The notes: generated from the sequence alone by a model not told the origin. 64,000 nt of DNA from Armatimonadota bacterium (GCA_041690135.1 JAWLHY010000002.1:1136342-1200341), one strand, 5' to 3'. Shown: positions 41,512 through 51,475, counted from the first letter of the stretch. Translations and numbers: made by a program.

Positions 41512-42471
41512 TCAATCCGCGGGCAGGACGCGGACATAGGTCCGGGTGCCTGGATAGGCCTTCAGCAGTGGGGCGGGGCTTGCGTCGCCGAGGACGCTCA
41601 GCGTGGTGGAGAGCGGGTCCGAAGTGAACCCATCCGGAGCCACTACGGTTACCTGGACCCGGTTCGTCAGCGCCTGACCGGTGCGCGGGTCGACCACGTG
41701 CGAGTAGCGGCGGCCGTTGATTACGGTGAACTGGATCGTGTCCCCCGACGTGGAGACGGCGCAGTTTGAGAATTGAAGATCCGCCGGGCCCTGATCCGTT
41801 CCCGCATTCGGAACGCGAACCGTCCATCCTTCCTTTCCCGGAGGCGGGCCGGTCATCACGAGATCGCCGCCCATCTCCACCAGGGCGTGGGAGATCCCGT
41901 GCTTCTTGAGGACCCGCTGCGCTTCGTCGCCCGCGTAGCCTTTCGCGATGCCGCCCAGGTCCAGCTTCATCCCCGGTACCGTGAGGTGAACGGTGCGGGC
42001 CTTAGGGTCCAGGCGCATTTTCTTCCAGCCGACCAGCCGACGCGTGCGGGCGAGCTCCTTTGCGTCCGGCAGAACGGCGCTCTTGCGGGCCTGGCGCCAG
42101 AGCCGGATGAGCGGTCCGGCGGTCACGTCGAAGGCGCCACCGCTCAAGCGGGACACCTCCTGCGCACGCTGAAGAACACGGAACAGTTCCGGCGAAACGC
42201 GCACGGGGGGACCGCCCGCCTTTTCACACAGGCGCGTCAGTTCGCTGTCGCGCCGGTAATCGCTCATAATAGTATCAAGTGCGGCGATGCGTGCGAACGC
42301 CGCCGCGCAGGCGTCTTCGGCGTTAGTCCGGTCCGGCGCATAAACCACGAGACGGGCATCGACCCCCATGTGGTATTGAGTATAGGTATAGCGAGTTAGC
42401 GCGTCGGCATTCGTCTCCGGCGAGGCCGGCGGTGCGGCATTTGACGAGGTGATTATGAGGCTTAACGCCAG
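41512..42471 (-). CDS. apbE: FAD:protein FMN transferase
   Basis: MG, SDYRRDSEL, GAFDVTAGP, LDLGGIAKGY, VSTSGD, HVVDPRTG motifs; start uncertain (CTG 42471 proposed). Confidence 0.88.
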   Translation of the reverse strand: MALSLIITSSNAAPPASPETNADALTRYTYTQYHMGVDARLVVYAPDRTNAEDACAAAFARIAALDTIMSDYRRDSELTRLCEKAGGPPVRVSPELFRVLQRAQEVSRLSGGAFDVTAGPLIRLWRQARKSAVLPDAKELARTRRLVGWKKMRLDPKARTVHLTVPGMKLDLGGIAKGYAGDEAQRVLKKHGISHALVEMGGDLVMTGPPPGKEGWTVRVPNAGTDQGPADLQFSNCAVSTSGDTIQFTVINGRRYSHVVDPRTGQALTNRVQVTVVAPDGFTSDPLSTTLSVLGDASPAPLLKAYPGTRTYVRVLPAD

Positions 42472-42487
42472 AAGACAGCTCCCTACG

Positions 42488-43360
42488 GTGAATGACGATC
42501 TACAGCAAGAGCGGCGCGGCGTGCTCTCCGGGGCCCGCGGTCCCGCGGGGGCCCTGCTCTCCCTGGGGGTTATCCTCACAGCGTTCATGCTACCCTCCGC
42601 GGCGCCCACTCCGGCCGCGTCCGACGAAAAGCTCCAACCCTTCACCCAGACCCTACCGAATTCCGTGGTCAAAGTCCAGATGGTGCCCATCCCGGGCGGC
42701 ACGATCAAGATCGGCGGCAAGACGGTCACGGTGAAGCCGTTCTACATGGCCAAGACCGAGACCCCCTGGGAGGCGTACGATGTCTTCCTGGCCAGCGGCG
42801 ACCCGTCTCCTGCTTACGACCAGACGGATTTCCCCCCGGATGCCATTGCCCGTCCGAGCAAGAGCTACATCCTGCCGGACCTGGGCTGGGGTCACAACGG
42901 CTACCCGGCCATCAACGTGAGCTTCATCTCCACGGACATGTATTGCCGCTGGTTGTCCGCCGAGACGAAGAAGAAGTACCGCCTGCCCACCGAGGCGGAG
43001 TGGGAATTCGCCTGCCGCGCCGGCGCCACCGGCGACTGGAAACCGACCAAGGCCGAGCTGGAGAAGATTGCCTGGTGGGCCGGGAACAGCGGCAAGCTGA
43101 CCCATCCCGTCGGCAAGAAGGCACCGAACAAGTACGGGCTGCACGACATGTTCGGCAATCCCGGCGAGTGGGCCACCGACATGGAAGGGAAGCCGGTCCT
43201 TTGCGGCGGCACGTTCCTGGACGGGATGCCGGGCATGATCCCCGGGATGCGCCGCCGCTGGGAGCCCCGGTGGCAGGAGACCGATCCGCAGTTCCCCAAG
43301 AGCCGCTGGTGGTTGGCGGACGGCAAATTCGTTGGCTTCCGCGTGGTCTGCGAGCCGTAA
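42488..43360 (+). CDS. Formylglycine-generating enzyme (SUMF1/EgtB/PvdO) family protein
   Basis: YRLPTEAEWEFACRAG, HPVGKKAPNKYGLHDMFGNPGEW, GFRVV; start uncertain. Confidence 0.88.
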   Translation: MNDDLQQERRGVLSGARGPAGALLSLGVILTAFMLPSAAPTPAASDEKLQPFTQTLPNSVVKVQMVPIPGGTIKIGGKTVTVKPFYMAKTETPWEAYDVFLASGDPSPAYDQTDFPPDAIARPSKSYILPDLGWGHNGYPAINVSFISTDMYCRWLSAETKKKYRLPTEAEWEFACRAGATGDWKPTKAELEKIAWWAGNSGKLTHPVGKKAPNKYGLHDMFGNPGEWATDMEGKPVLCGGTFLDGMPGMIPGMRRRWEPRWQETDPQFPKSRWWLADGKFVGFRVVCEP

Positions 43361-43396
43361 GGGTTCCGCAAAGCAGCAGATTAGTCTGAATACCAG

Positions 43397-43443
43397 ATGC
43401 GGAACAATCCGCCGGCACATGTTGCCGGCGGATTGTTCCGCAT
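43397..43443. terminator. 21-bp perfect stem between convergent genes, probable terminator
   Basis: atgcggaacaatccgccggca-catgt-tgccggcggattgttccgcat followed by ttt. Confidence 0.7.
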
Positions 43444-43495
43444 TTTGACCCGCCGCAACAACTGCGACTATCCGCCGGTTTCTGGATGCGTGTTG

Positions 43496-44152
43496 CTACT
43501 GGCTCCACGATCCGGAGATCGTCAGGGCGAACCCCAGGCTTCCCCTCCGGTTGCCGTCCGCGACCGGGCGGCGAACCGCCGCTACCCACACCCCTTTGCC
43601 CTTGTCGAGCACCTGGATGGCTGGATTTCGTTCCTCGTGGGGCCAGAGGAGCAGCACGGCGGGGTGGCGCCCCTCATTCACCTGGCTGCTGAGCTCAATG
43701 AGTCGTTTGGTTTGGATAGGAGCGGGGGAAGGATCATCCGCGGCCGGGCTGAGGAGAAAGAACTCCCGGTGCGGAGCGGTATCGGTGTGGTCACCCGTAT
43801 CCGGCTGGAGGGCGAAGCGGAGGGTGTAGACCCCACGAGGTAGGCGCTGCCGGCGGTAGTCAGTGAACGTGCCCAAAAGCTCGATTGCCCCGACCAGGGT
43901 GCCCTCCGGAATGTGGCGGTACGTGAGCCCTTTCGGGAACTGCTCAGCGGTCGCCCGGACCGGGATCTCCCGGCGGAACCACACCCGCATCCGGGTGGCG
44001 CTGCCGGACCGCACCACCAGAGCGCGAGAGTCCAGAAGCTTCCGCTGCGAACCGGCGATGGCGGCCGGCGGGGGGAGTTGCTCCAGGCGGGCGGTGAGAG
44101 CGGGCTCCGGAGTACCGGCGAGCAGCGCCAGGGCGAACGGAACAGCGCTCAT
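43496..44152 (-). CDS. Hypothetical secreted protein (planctomycete-type)
   Basis: Signal-like MSAVPFALALLA; DYRRQ, GVYTLRFALQPDTGDH; start reassigned to ATG 44152. Confidence 0.7.
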   Translation of the reverse strand: MSAVPFALALLAGTPEPALTARLEQLPPPAAIAGSQRKLLDSRALVVRSGSATRMRVWFRREIPVRATAEQFPKGLTYRHIPEGTLVGAIELLGTFTDYRRQRLPRGVYTLRFALQPDTGDHTDTAPHREFFLLSPAADDPSPAPIQTKRLIELSSQVNEGRHPAVLLLWPHEERNPAIQVLDKGKGVWVAAVRRPVADGNRRGSLGFALTISGSWSQ

Positions 44153-44196
44153 CACCGTTCGCCTTCCATGTCGCGTTCCATGCGGCGAGCAGCCCG

Positions 44197-45009
44197 TTAT
44201 CCGAACTTCCGATGGCACTCGGCCGACGAGAGTTTCTTCGCCCGGATCAGGCCACCGTTCACCCGCTCCCCTTCCGGGTCCAGGTAGAGCCGGCCCGAGG
44301 AGTCCTGGATGGTGGGGTCGTAGCCGATCACGTGGACGTTGAACACAAAGCCGATGTCCGAGGTTGCCTGGAACCAGTGGACGTTGTCCTTGTGGTCGGA
44401 AATGGTGGACAGCTCGCCCGGATTGAACATCCGGTCGATGGTGGGCTTGATGAGGTAGTGGTCGGACTGGCTCTCCAGGCGGTCGTAGTGACGGCCGTGG
44501 AAGTTCCCCTTGAGCACGATGAACCCGGTGCACATGTTGCTGTGCCCGTGCGGGACGATCGAGCGCCCCTGCTTCAGCCCGAAGATCTGCTTGCCGAACC
44601 GGAGCGTGGCCGGCACGCCTTCGATGTTCCGGAGGTCGAAACCCAGGCTGGCCGCGCCGTTATCCGGCAGGCGGGATCTCCGCTCCAGGTCCTCCAGTTT
44701 GACGGCCCGGACCAGCTCCGCCAGGTCGACGCGCCGGTAGAGGTCTTCCATCCGGGCCTGGAACTCCAGGTCCTTCAACTTGCGGCCGTGCAGGTCGGCG
44801 CTCATCTCCGCCAGCTCGGCGAACCACTTGCCGATGGTCGCGCCGTCCCCGGCGGCCAGCAGACCCCGGCCCCAGAGCGTCTCCACCACCCCGAAGGCGA
44901 TGAGCGACTTAAGCAGCCGCGCGCCAAACTCGCGCCGGGTTTCGCCGGCTCTCTGGCTTGCCGCACCCGGTACCTCGTCCGTGGACACAGTGTTCACCCG
45001 CAGATCCAT
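44197..45009 (-). CDS. Cupin-fold protein with Tat-like signal, resembles thiol dioxygenases
   Basis: TRREFG; IVPHGHSNM...VLKG and DNVHWF give a 3-His cupin pattern. Confidence 0.65.
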   Translation of the reverse strand: MDLRVNTVSTDEVPGAASQRAGETRREFGARLLKSLIAFGVVETLWGRGLLAAGDGATIGKWFAELAEMSADLHGRKLKDLEFQARMEDLYRRVDLAELVRAVKLEDLERRSRLPDNGAASLGFDLRNIEGVPATLRFGKQIFGLKQGRSIVPHGHSNMCTGFIVLKGNFHGRHYDRLESQSDHYLIKPTIDRMFNPGELSTISDHKDNVHWFQATSDIGFVFNVHVIGYDPTIQDSSGRLYLDPEGERVNGGLIRAKKLSSAECHRKFG

Positions 45010-45095
45010 AGGGGGCCGATCCTTTCCGTGCTCTTTCGTTTAGAGCGGACCATGTGCTCCAGGTTGCGGCTCTTTGGAGATTACCAGTGTACAAG

Positions 45096-45132
45096 CGACT
45101 CGCCCGCTTTCTGGAACAGAGCGGGCGAGTCG
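45096..45132. terminator. 13-bp stem hairpin
   Basis: cgactcgcccgct ... agcgggcgagtcg. Confidence 0.45.
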
Positions 45133-45186
45133 AGTGGGGGACGCTCCAGGGAATGCCGGAGCTGGGTTAAGCGGGGCGGAAAGGCG

Positions 45187-46176
45187 TTAGCGGCCCACCG
45201 CGAACTTGAGCACGCGGCCGAACTTGCTCCACTCGGCGACCACCAGGTTGCCCTTCGCGTCGAAGGCGACCGCGTGGGGCGAGTTGCAGATGCCGTCGGC
45301 CCACTGGGCCGGTTCCAGGCCGAAGTTGGCGCGGTGGCCGGCGGTGGGATTATCGCCGATCTCGGCCGCGATGCTGTTGTCCTTCCCCAGCACCGTTACC
45401 CGGCCCTGGAGCTCGGCGATGGCAATGTAGTCTCCCGCCACGTGGGCCGCCGCCGGCATCCGCAGGCCGCGCGCCAGCACTTTCACCAGGTTGCCGTCCG
45501 TATCCCAGTGCTCCACCCGGCCGCTCTCGCGGTTGCAGACCACGAGGAGCGGCTTCGGACCCCGCGTGTCGACCGCCAGGCCGTGGCAGCGGTGGAACTT
45601 GCCTTCTTCCGCCGGGTTCCCGCCCGGGCCGCCGAACGACTTCACGTACTTGCGGTCGCGGTCGAACTTGTGGATGAAGTTCTTGCCGTAGCCGTCCGCC
45701 ACGAAGATCGTGCCGTCGGCCAGCGCGACGACGTTCGTGGGGTTGAACTCATTGCCGTTGGCGTAGATGTTGGCCATTTCCGGATAGCCCAACTTCCAGG
45801 CCACCGTGCCGTCGGTCTTGATCTTCACCACTTCATGGGCGCTGGGTCGGGCGGCGTAGAGGTACTCTCCGTCGGCCTCCCGCTGCAGGTGCAGCCCGTG
45901 GATGTGCGAGGGCCCAAAGCTGCGCTGGTACTTGCCGTCGGCGCTGAACACCAGGATCCCGCGCGGGGTATCGGTGCTGACGTAGACGTTGCCGTTCCGA
46001 TCGATGGCGGCGCCGCCATGCGTCGGTCCCAGGAGCTGGTTATCCGGCTGGGCGGGGAAGTAGTTGGGCAGGTGGGCGAACTTGACGGCGGCCTGCTGAA
46101 GACTCTGGGCCGGCGAGATCAGGAACGGGGCGAGCAAACTCGCGGCTGCCAGAAGTAGAAAGCGATAGCGGCGCAT
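45187..46176 (-). CDS. NHL-repeat six-bladed beta-propeller protein
   Basis: Signal peptide; PTNVVALADGTIFVADGYG, CHGLAVD, SPHAVAFDAKGNL repeats. Confidence 0.85.
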   Translation of the reverse strand: MRRYRFLLLAAASLLAPFLISPAQSLQQAAVKFAHLPNYFPAQPDNQLLGPTHGGAAIDRNGNVYVSTDTPRGILVFSADGKYQRSFGPSHIHGLHLQREADGEYLYAARPSAHEVVKIKTDGTVAWKLGYPEMANIYANGNEFNPTNVVALADGTIFVADGYGKNFIHKFDRDRKYVKSFGGPGGNPAEEGKFHRCHGLAVDTRGPKPLLVVCNRESGRVEHWDTDGNLVKVLARGLRMPAAAHVAGDYIAIAELQGRVTVLGKDNSIAAEIGDNPTAGHRANFGLEPAQWADGICNSPHAVAFDAKGNLVVAEWSKFGRVLKFAVGR

Positions 46177-46364
46177 GGCGGTGTCACCTCGGGGTAGAGA
46201 AGAGAAACTTTCGATTCACTTCACCTCGCGGTGCGGCTTATCCTGCGCCTACGCGTCCGCTTCCGGTGGCGAACGCCCGGGTCATTTCTCGCCCCGGACC
46301 GTTCCCAGGCACGACTTGAGCCGGGGTTGGACAGCGATGGAGAACTCGATTTGCGAGCGTCGGA

Positions 46365-46568
46365 TTAGAAGGCGCCGATCAGTCCCAGCCGGTTGAGAAC
46401 CACCGCTGCCAGTGCCAGGAGCACCAATGAGGCGCCCAGGGCCACGGCGCAGCCCGGAAGGGTGCTCGCCCCCATGAACATGGCGATTCCCTCGGTCACC
46501 TCATCTCGCCGGATGATCACCACGATTCCGAAGGCAAGCAGGAAAAGCACGGATAAAACGAACCACAT
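46365..46568 (-). CDS. Small two-TM membrane protein
   Basis: Two hydrophobic helices; ATG 46568. Confidence 0.5.
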   Translation of the reverse strand: MWFVLSVLFLLAFGIVVIIRRDEVTEGIAMFMGASTLPGCAVALGASLVLLALAAVVLNRLGLIGAF

Positions 46569-46819
46569 AATCTGAGCCGTTCCTTCATCTTTGAGTTGCG
46601 TACTCGTATGCGTGAGAGGCGGTTCCCGTTCCGGCTTCCGCTCCACTGCAGGCTCACATCCAGGCGAGGGGCTTCGGACGTCCTTCCGGGTCCGGCCGGC
46701 GCGAGCCTCCGCCAGGAGTGGCTCGCGCCTTCGTTCCTTATCGTTGTACCCCGATATCGCGGCGCCTCCGGCTCAAAGCCCACGGCCCGGAGCAAGACTT
46801 GCCGGGTGTCCTCATCCTT

Positions 46820-47476
46820 TCAGGTCAGGGACCGGGTCGCGAAATACCAGTCCTTCACATCGGCGTCTGTGGCGTCCACTCGGAGGCGCTCCTCGGCGCT
46901 CTCCTGGGTAAGCGGTGCCGGAAGAATGACGGGGTCGCCGGGCTGCCAGTTGGCGGGAGTGGCGACTTGATATTGTTCGTGCGTCTGCAGGCCGTCCACC
47001 AGGCGGACGATCTCCTGCATATTCCTGCCGTTGGTAAGCGGATAGTAGATCATCGCCCGCACCACGCCCCGGTCGTCGATCAAGAATACGCAGCGCACCG
47101 TGGCGGTGCTCGCGGCTCCGGTGTGGATCATCCCGTAGGCCTGCGCCACCCGGGTGTCGAGATCCGCGATAACGGGGAAGCGGATGGAGACCCCGAAGTT
47201 CTGCTCCATGTTGCGGATCCAGGCGATGTGAGCGTAGACACTGTCCACGGAGAGGCCGATCAACTGGACATTGCGCCGGTCGAACTCCTCTTGCATCCGT
47301 GCGAACTCGACGAGTTCCGTGGTACAGACGGGGGTGAAATCCGCCGGGTGCGAGAAGAGTACGACCCACTTCCCCCGGAATTGGGAGAGGGAGATCTCAC
47401 CCTGGGTGCTCACCGCGGTGAAATCGGGAGCCGGAGCGTTCAGTCGGGGTAGGGCCGGTACCGTGGTTTCGGACAT
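46820..47476 (-). CDS. Peroxiredoxin (Prx6/AhpC-TSA family)
   Basis: FSHPADFTPVCTTE, GRNMQEIVR, TPANWQPG; AAGGA ahead of ATG 47476. Confidence 0.93.
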   Translation of the reverse strand: MSETTVPALPRLNAPAPDFTAVSTQGEISLSQFRGKWVVLFSHPADFTPVCTTELVEFARMQEEFDRRNVQLIGLSVDSVYAHIAWIRNMEQNFGVSIRFPVIADLDTRVAQAYGMIHTGAASTATVRCVFLIDDRGVVRAMIYYPLTNGRNMQEIVRLVDGLQTHEQYQVATPANWQPGDPVILPAPLTQESAEERLRVDATDADVKDWYFATRSLT

Positions 47477-47559
47477 CGTCGCTTCCTTTCGCTCATGGAG
47501 TTCGTGCGCCGGAACAGTCTCCCACACCATCGGTCCGGCGCTCCGTCCCATAGTTTAGG

Positions 47560-47660
47560 GATACAGAGGCTCCCTGCGTAGTTACAGCAGGGGGCTGGTT
47601 TCACTAGAACAGTAGGAAGGAATGAGAAACTGTTCTACCTGGAAGTGGGACAGCTGTATC
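47560..47660. promoter_or_regulatory. Candidate MocR operator region (repeated ACAG/CTGT half sites)
   Basis: gatacag 47560, ttacag, gaacag, then ctgttc and ctgtatc 47654 in inverted orientation between divergent genes. Confidence 0.45.
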
Positions 47661-47700
47661 TTGCCGCCGGGCTCCCGGGAGTTTAGGCTGGGGAGCGACG

Positions 47701-49128
47701 ATGACAGCCACGCAGACCACCGGAGCGGAGAGGCTCTACGAACAACTGGCGCAGCAGATCCTGCGTCTCATCGAGGACGGGACTTATCGGCCGGGGGACC
47801 GTCTCCCGTCCGTGCGGCACCTCAGCCGGCAGCATGGGGTGAGCCTCACGACGGTCCTGGAAGCCTACGGCCTCCTGGAGAGTGAGGGACGGATCGAGGC
47901 GCGGCCGCAGTCCGGCTATTTTGTCAGCGCTTACGTCTCGGGCCGTCCCGCCGAGCCGGAGGTATCCACGCCGCCGCTGGACCCCCGGGGGGTGAGCATC
48001 GGCGAACTGTCGATGCGGGTCCTGCGGGATACCCAGGACCCGGCACTGGTGCAACTCGGCGCGGCGATGCCGAACCTGGCCCTCTTACCGGCCGAACGGC
48101 TCAACCGCCTGCAGCACGGGCTGGCCCGCGATGTGCCGCCCCGGACATTCGCCTACGATCCACCTCCCGGCTGCAAGGAGCTCCGCGTTCAGGTCGCGCG
48201 GCGACTGCTGGACGCGGGATGCGAGCTGAAGCCTGATGAGATCGTCACCACGACCGGCTGCCAGGAGGCGCTCGTGCTCTGCCTGCGGGCGGTCTGCCGG
48301 CCCGGTGACACCGTGGTGATCGAGTCGCCGATTTACTACGGGGTGCTCCAGGCCATCGAGGCGCTGGGGCTGCGCGCCCTGGAGATGCCCACGCACCCGC
48401 GGACCGGGATGAGCCTCGAAACCCTCCGGTACGTGCTGGAACACCACCCCGTCCGGGCCTGCCTCATTTCGAACTTCAACAACCCGCTCGGAAGTTGCAT
48501 GCCCGACGAGGCACGACGGGAACTGGTGGAGCTCCTGGAGGCCCGGGAGATCCCCTTGATCGAGGACGACATCTACTCGGATCTCCACCATGGCCCCCTC
48601 CGGCCGCGGGCGGCGAAAGCCTGGGACCGGAAGGGGTTGGTGCTGCTCTGCTCTTCCGTATCCAAGACCCTGGCGCCGGGATACCGGGTGGGTTGGGTAG
48701 CCCCGGGCCGATTTTTCCGCGAGGTGGAGCACCTGAAGCTCTTCAACACCTTCTCCACGGCGACGCTGCCGCAGCTCACAGTCGCCGAGTTTCTCGGCAG
48801 CGGCGGCTATGACCGGTATCTCCGGCGGGTGCGTCGGATCTACGCACAGCAGGTTGGGCTGATGGCCCAGGCGGTAGGGGAGCATTTCCCGGCGGGCACC
48901 CGTGTGACCGCCCCGGACGGCGGGTTCCTGGTCTGGGTGGAACTGCCGTCGGGAAGCGAGGCGCTGCCGCTTTACCAACGCGCCCTGCAGGCGGGAGTGA
49001 CGTTCGCCCCGGGCCCCATCTTTTCCCCCAGCGTGGGGTACCGCAACTTCCTGCGGCTGAACGCGGCCGTGTGGTCGGAAGCGGTAGAACAGGCGATCCG
49101 GCGTCTCGGGGAATTGGCCAGGGGATGA
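47701..49128 (+). CDS. MocR/GabR family PLP-dependent transcriptional regulator
   Basis: GntR HTH RLPSVRHLS...SLTTV; aminotransferase motifs NNPLG, EDDIY, SKTLAPGYRVGW. Confidence 0.94.
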   Translation: MTATQTTGAERLYEQLAQQILRLIEDGTYRPGDRLPSVRHLSRQHGVSLTTVLEAYGLLESEGRIEARPQSGYFVSAYVSGRPAEPEVSTPPLDPRGVSIGELSMRVLRDTQDPALVQLGAAMPNLALLPAERLNRLQHGLARDVPPRTFAYDPPPGCKELRVQVARRLLDAGCELKPDEIVTTTGCQEALVLCLRAVCRPGDTVVIESPIYYGVLQAIEALGLRALEMPTHPRTGMSLETLRYVLEHHPVRACLISNFNNPLGSCMPDEARRELVELLEAREIPLIEDDIYSDLHHGPLRPRAAKAWDRKGLVLLCSSVSKTLAPGYRVGWVAPGRFFREVEHLKLFNTFSTATLPQLTVAEFLGSGGYDRYLRRVRRIYAQQVGLMAQAVGEHFPAGTRVTAPDGGFLVWVELPSGSEALPLYQRALQAGVTFAPGPIFSPSVGYRNFLRLNAAVWSEAVEQAIRRLGELARG

Positions 49129-50081
49129 GTACGGAGATATTGACGGCGGGAGTGCCGGGTGGGGGAGCGGCGCTGCGTGTCGCGGTGGCGCAGGCCGCGC
49201 CCGTGCTGTTCGACCGGGAGGCGACGGTCGAAAAGGCCTGCCGGCTGATTGGCGAGGCCGCCTCTTGCGGCGCCGAACTGGTGTTGCTTCCCGAGGCGTT
49301 CATCCCCGCTTACCCGCGCGGTTTGAGCTTCGGCGCGGTGGTGGGCAGCCGCAGCGGGGAAGGGCGTGCCCAGTGGCAGCGCCTGTGGGAACAGTCGGTC
49401 GAGGTGCCGGGCGCGCATACGGCGGTCCTCGGCGCGGCATGCCGGGACGCGGAAATCGTGGCTGCCGTGGGCGTGGTGGAGCGGGAACGGGGAACGCTCT
49501 ACTGCACGCTTCTGTTCTTCGGGCCGGATGGAACCCTGTTGGGGAGTCACCGGAAGCTCAAACCCACGGGAACCGAGCGGTTGATCTGGGGCGAGGGGGA
49601 CGGGACCAGCCTGACGGTCTATCCCACCCGCGCCGGCCGGGTCGGCGGGTTGATCTGCTGGGAAAACTATATGCCGCTCGCCCGGGCAGCGCTCTTTTCA
49701 CAGGGGGTCGAGCTCTACCTGGCGCCGACCGCCGACGCCCGGGATACGTGGCAGGCGACGCTGCGGCATATTGCGTGTGAAGGTCGCTGTTTCGTGCTGG
49801 GCTGCAACCAGTTCGTGACGCGTGAGATGTACCCGGCGGACCTCCGCGCCGCGGAGGAGGTCGCCCGGATGCCGGAAGTGGTCTGCCGGGGCGGCAGCGC
49901 GATCATCTCCCCCTTTGGAGAGGTGCTGGCGGGTCCGGTCTACGATCGCGAGGAGATGCTCTACGCGGACCTGGACCTGGGCGAGGTCGTTCGGGGCAAG
50001 TTCGATTTCGACGTCGCCGGGCACTACGCCCGGCCGGATCTCTTTGAGCTCAGAGTGAGAGGGCATTCGGCCGGGAAATAA
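49125..50081 (+). CDS. Nitrilase (carbon-nitrogen hydrolase family)
   Basis: Triad LPEAFIPAYP, HRKLKPT, LICWENYMP; DVAGHYARPD; ATGA overlap with the MocR gene. Confidence 0.93.
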   Translation: MSTEILTAGVPGGGAALRVAVAQAAPVLFDREATVEKACRLIGEAASCGAELVLLPEAFIPAYPRGLSFGAVVGSRSGEGRAQWQRLWEQSVEVPGAHTAVLGAACRDAEIVAAVGVVERERGTLYCTLLFFGPDGTLLGSHRKLKPTGTERLIWGEGDGTSLTVYPTRAGRVGGLICWENYMPLARAALFSQGVELYLAPTADARDTWQATLRHIACEGRCFVLGCNQFVTREMYPADLRAAEEVARMPEVVCRGGSAIISPFGEVLAGPVYDREEMLYADLDLGEVVRGKFDFDVAGHYARPDLFELRVRGHSAGK

Positions 50082-50253
50082 TCCGTCTCCGACCGGGTCG
50101 TCAACACTGCAAACCGTCCGTCTGAATTCCGCCGCTCTCATCAGGGGGACGGCGTAAGTGGTCGGGAGCAGCTCTGCTTCCCGCTCCGGGGGTGGTGAAC
50201 TCAGGCCGGCCCGGCAGTCCGGTAGGGACCGCACCAGGATATGCCAGAAACGT

Positions 50254-50287
50254 AAAAAGCGACCTTGCGCCGTGGCGCAAGGTCGCT
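50254..50287 (-). terminator. Rho-independent terminator for the gene at 50322-50714
   Basis: agcgaccttgcgcc-gt-ggcgcaaggtcgct with a U5 tail on the minus strand. Confidence 0.7.
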
Positions 50288-50321
50288 GACTTCTTACCGA
50301 TGGTTCGGCCCCGGTGCTCTA

Positions 50322-50714
50322 TTACCGGACGAGCGGGTTGGCCGGGCGATCATCCCGCTTGTTTCGGACGCCGTCGCCATCGATGTCCCGGTCATTCCGG
50401 TTGCGGATGCCGTCCCGATCGATATCCTGCTTCGGCGGCAGCGGGCTCGTGCGGTAGCCGTACGGGCTGGCATTGTAGCCGTAGGGTGTGCGCGTGTTCC
50501 AGCCCCACTGGCTGCGCCCGTTCTGGTACGGGGTATAGCGCGAACCGTAAGCAGGACCATACCGGTAATGGTTGCCCTGGTTCCGGTAGCCATACGCCTT
50601 CGCGTGGGCCGGCGGTGCCGCCGCGGCCGGCTGGGTGCCGGCAAAGAGGAGGCCGAAGCCAAAAACGGTTCCCACCGCGAGGGTCATCCCGAGTTTCTTG
50701 CGCTGTATCATCAA
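50322..50714 (-). CDS. Small secreted Tyr/Gly-rich protein with DxDxDG calcium-binding-like repeats
   Basis: Signal peptide; QDIDRDGIRNRNDRDIDGDGVRNKRDD; own terminator. Confidence 0.7.
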   Translation of the reverse strand: MMIQRKKLGMTLAVGTVFGFGLLFAGTQPAAAAPPAHAKAYGYRNQGNHYRYGPAYGSRYTPYQNGRSQWGWNTRTPYGYNASPYGYRTSPLPPKQDIDRDGIRNRNDRDIDGDGVRNKRDDRPANPLVR

Positions 50715-50884
50715 GTCACCTTGTCTTCAACGGTTATCGTCAAGGCCGCTCGTCCGAGTAGCCTAATCTTCAATCTGACTGATAGTCATGGTAGAAGACC
50801 CAGGCGAGAGGACCGGGTTCCCTTGAATTCAGCGATGTGAGATTCTGCAGCCCCGCAAGCTCTACACTGGGAATGGGGAAGAGG

Positions 50885-51475
50885 TTACCGGCGCTTTGCG
50901 TACGGTGCCAGAAAATCGCGCATGGAGTTCTTGGCGGCTTGCTGTACGGCCTTGGTTCGCTGGGACTCGCTTTTGCGCAAGCCGAGCCCCTGGGGTTGTG
51001 CTGTTACCGTTCTTCCCAAATCGTCCTGGAAGAGTCCAGCGGAAACGTCGAATACCTGGAACTGCACCCGTGCGGAAGGGAGCTTGACCACCACACCTCT
51101 TTCGGCGACGTCCTGGAAATCGACCTGATGAACCACACCCGTCAGCAGGTAACGCGCGTTGACTGCCTTCCCGATGCTGACCAGCTGTTCGGGCGAGAGC
51201 ACCTCTTCGTTGTCCACCGACAGGCGCAACTTCTGCATGGCAGCGCTGACCTCCTGGCGTGGCACGGTTTCGATCTTGTGCTTGGTGAGTGATTCCTCGA
51301 CTTCGTCCAGGATCACTTGCCGGTACTCGTTGCCTCCACCTCGTTCCCGGTAGGGAACCACGGCCACGCGCCCGAGTTCCTTCGGGTCCTTCGGTGTGAC
51401 CTTCTCTTTTTTCGCCAGGGTAGACGCACTCGAAGCAACCAGCAGAGCAACCGAACAGACGAGCACACGAAGCAT
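50885..51475 (-). CDS. Secreted CsgG/TolB-N-like hypothetical protein
   Basis: Signal peptide; RVAVVPY, IGKAVNARYLLTGVV pattern. Confidence 0.6.
   Translation of the reverse strand: MLRVLVCSVALLVASSASTLAKKEKVTPKDPKELGRVAVVPYRERGGGNEYRQVILDEVEESLTKHKIETVPRQEVSAAMQKLRLSVDNEEVLSPEQLVSIGKAVNARYLLTGVVHQVDFQDVAERGVVVKLPSARVQFQVFDVSAGLFQDDLGRTVTAQPQGLGLRKSESQRTKAVQQAAKNSMRDFLAPYAKRR

Noticed and set aside
44212-46158. 648-aa plus-strand ORF
   Set aside because: Shadow across two recognisable minus-strand genes
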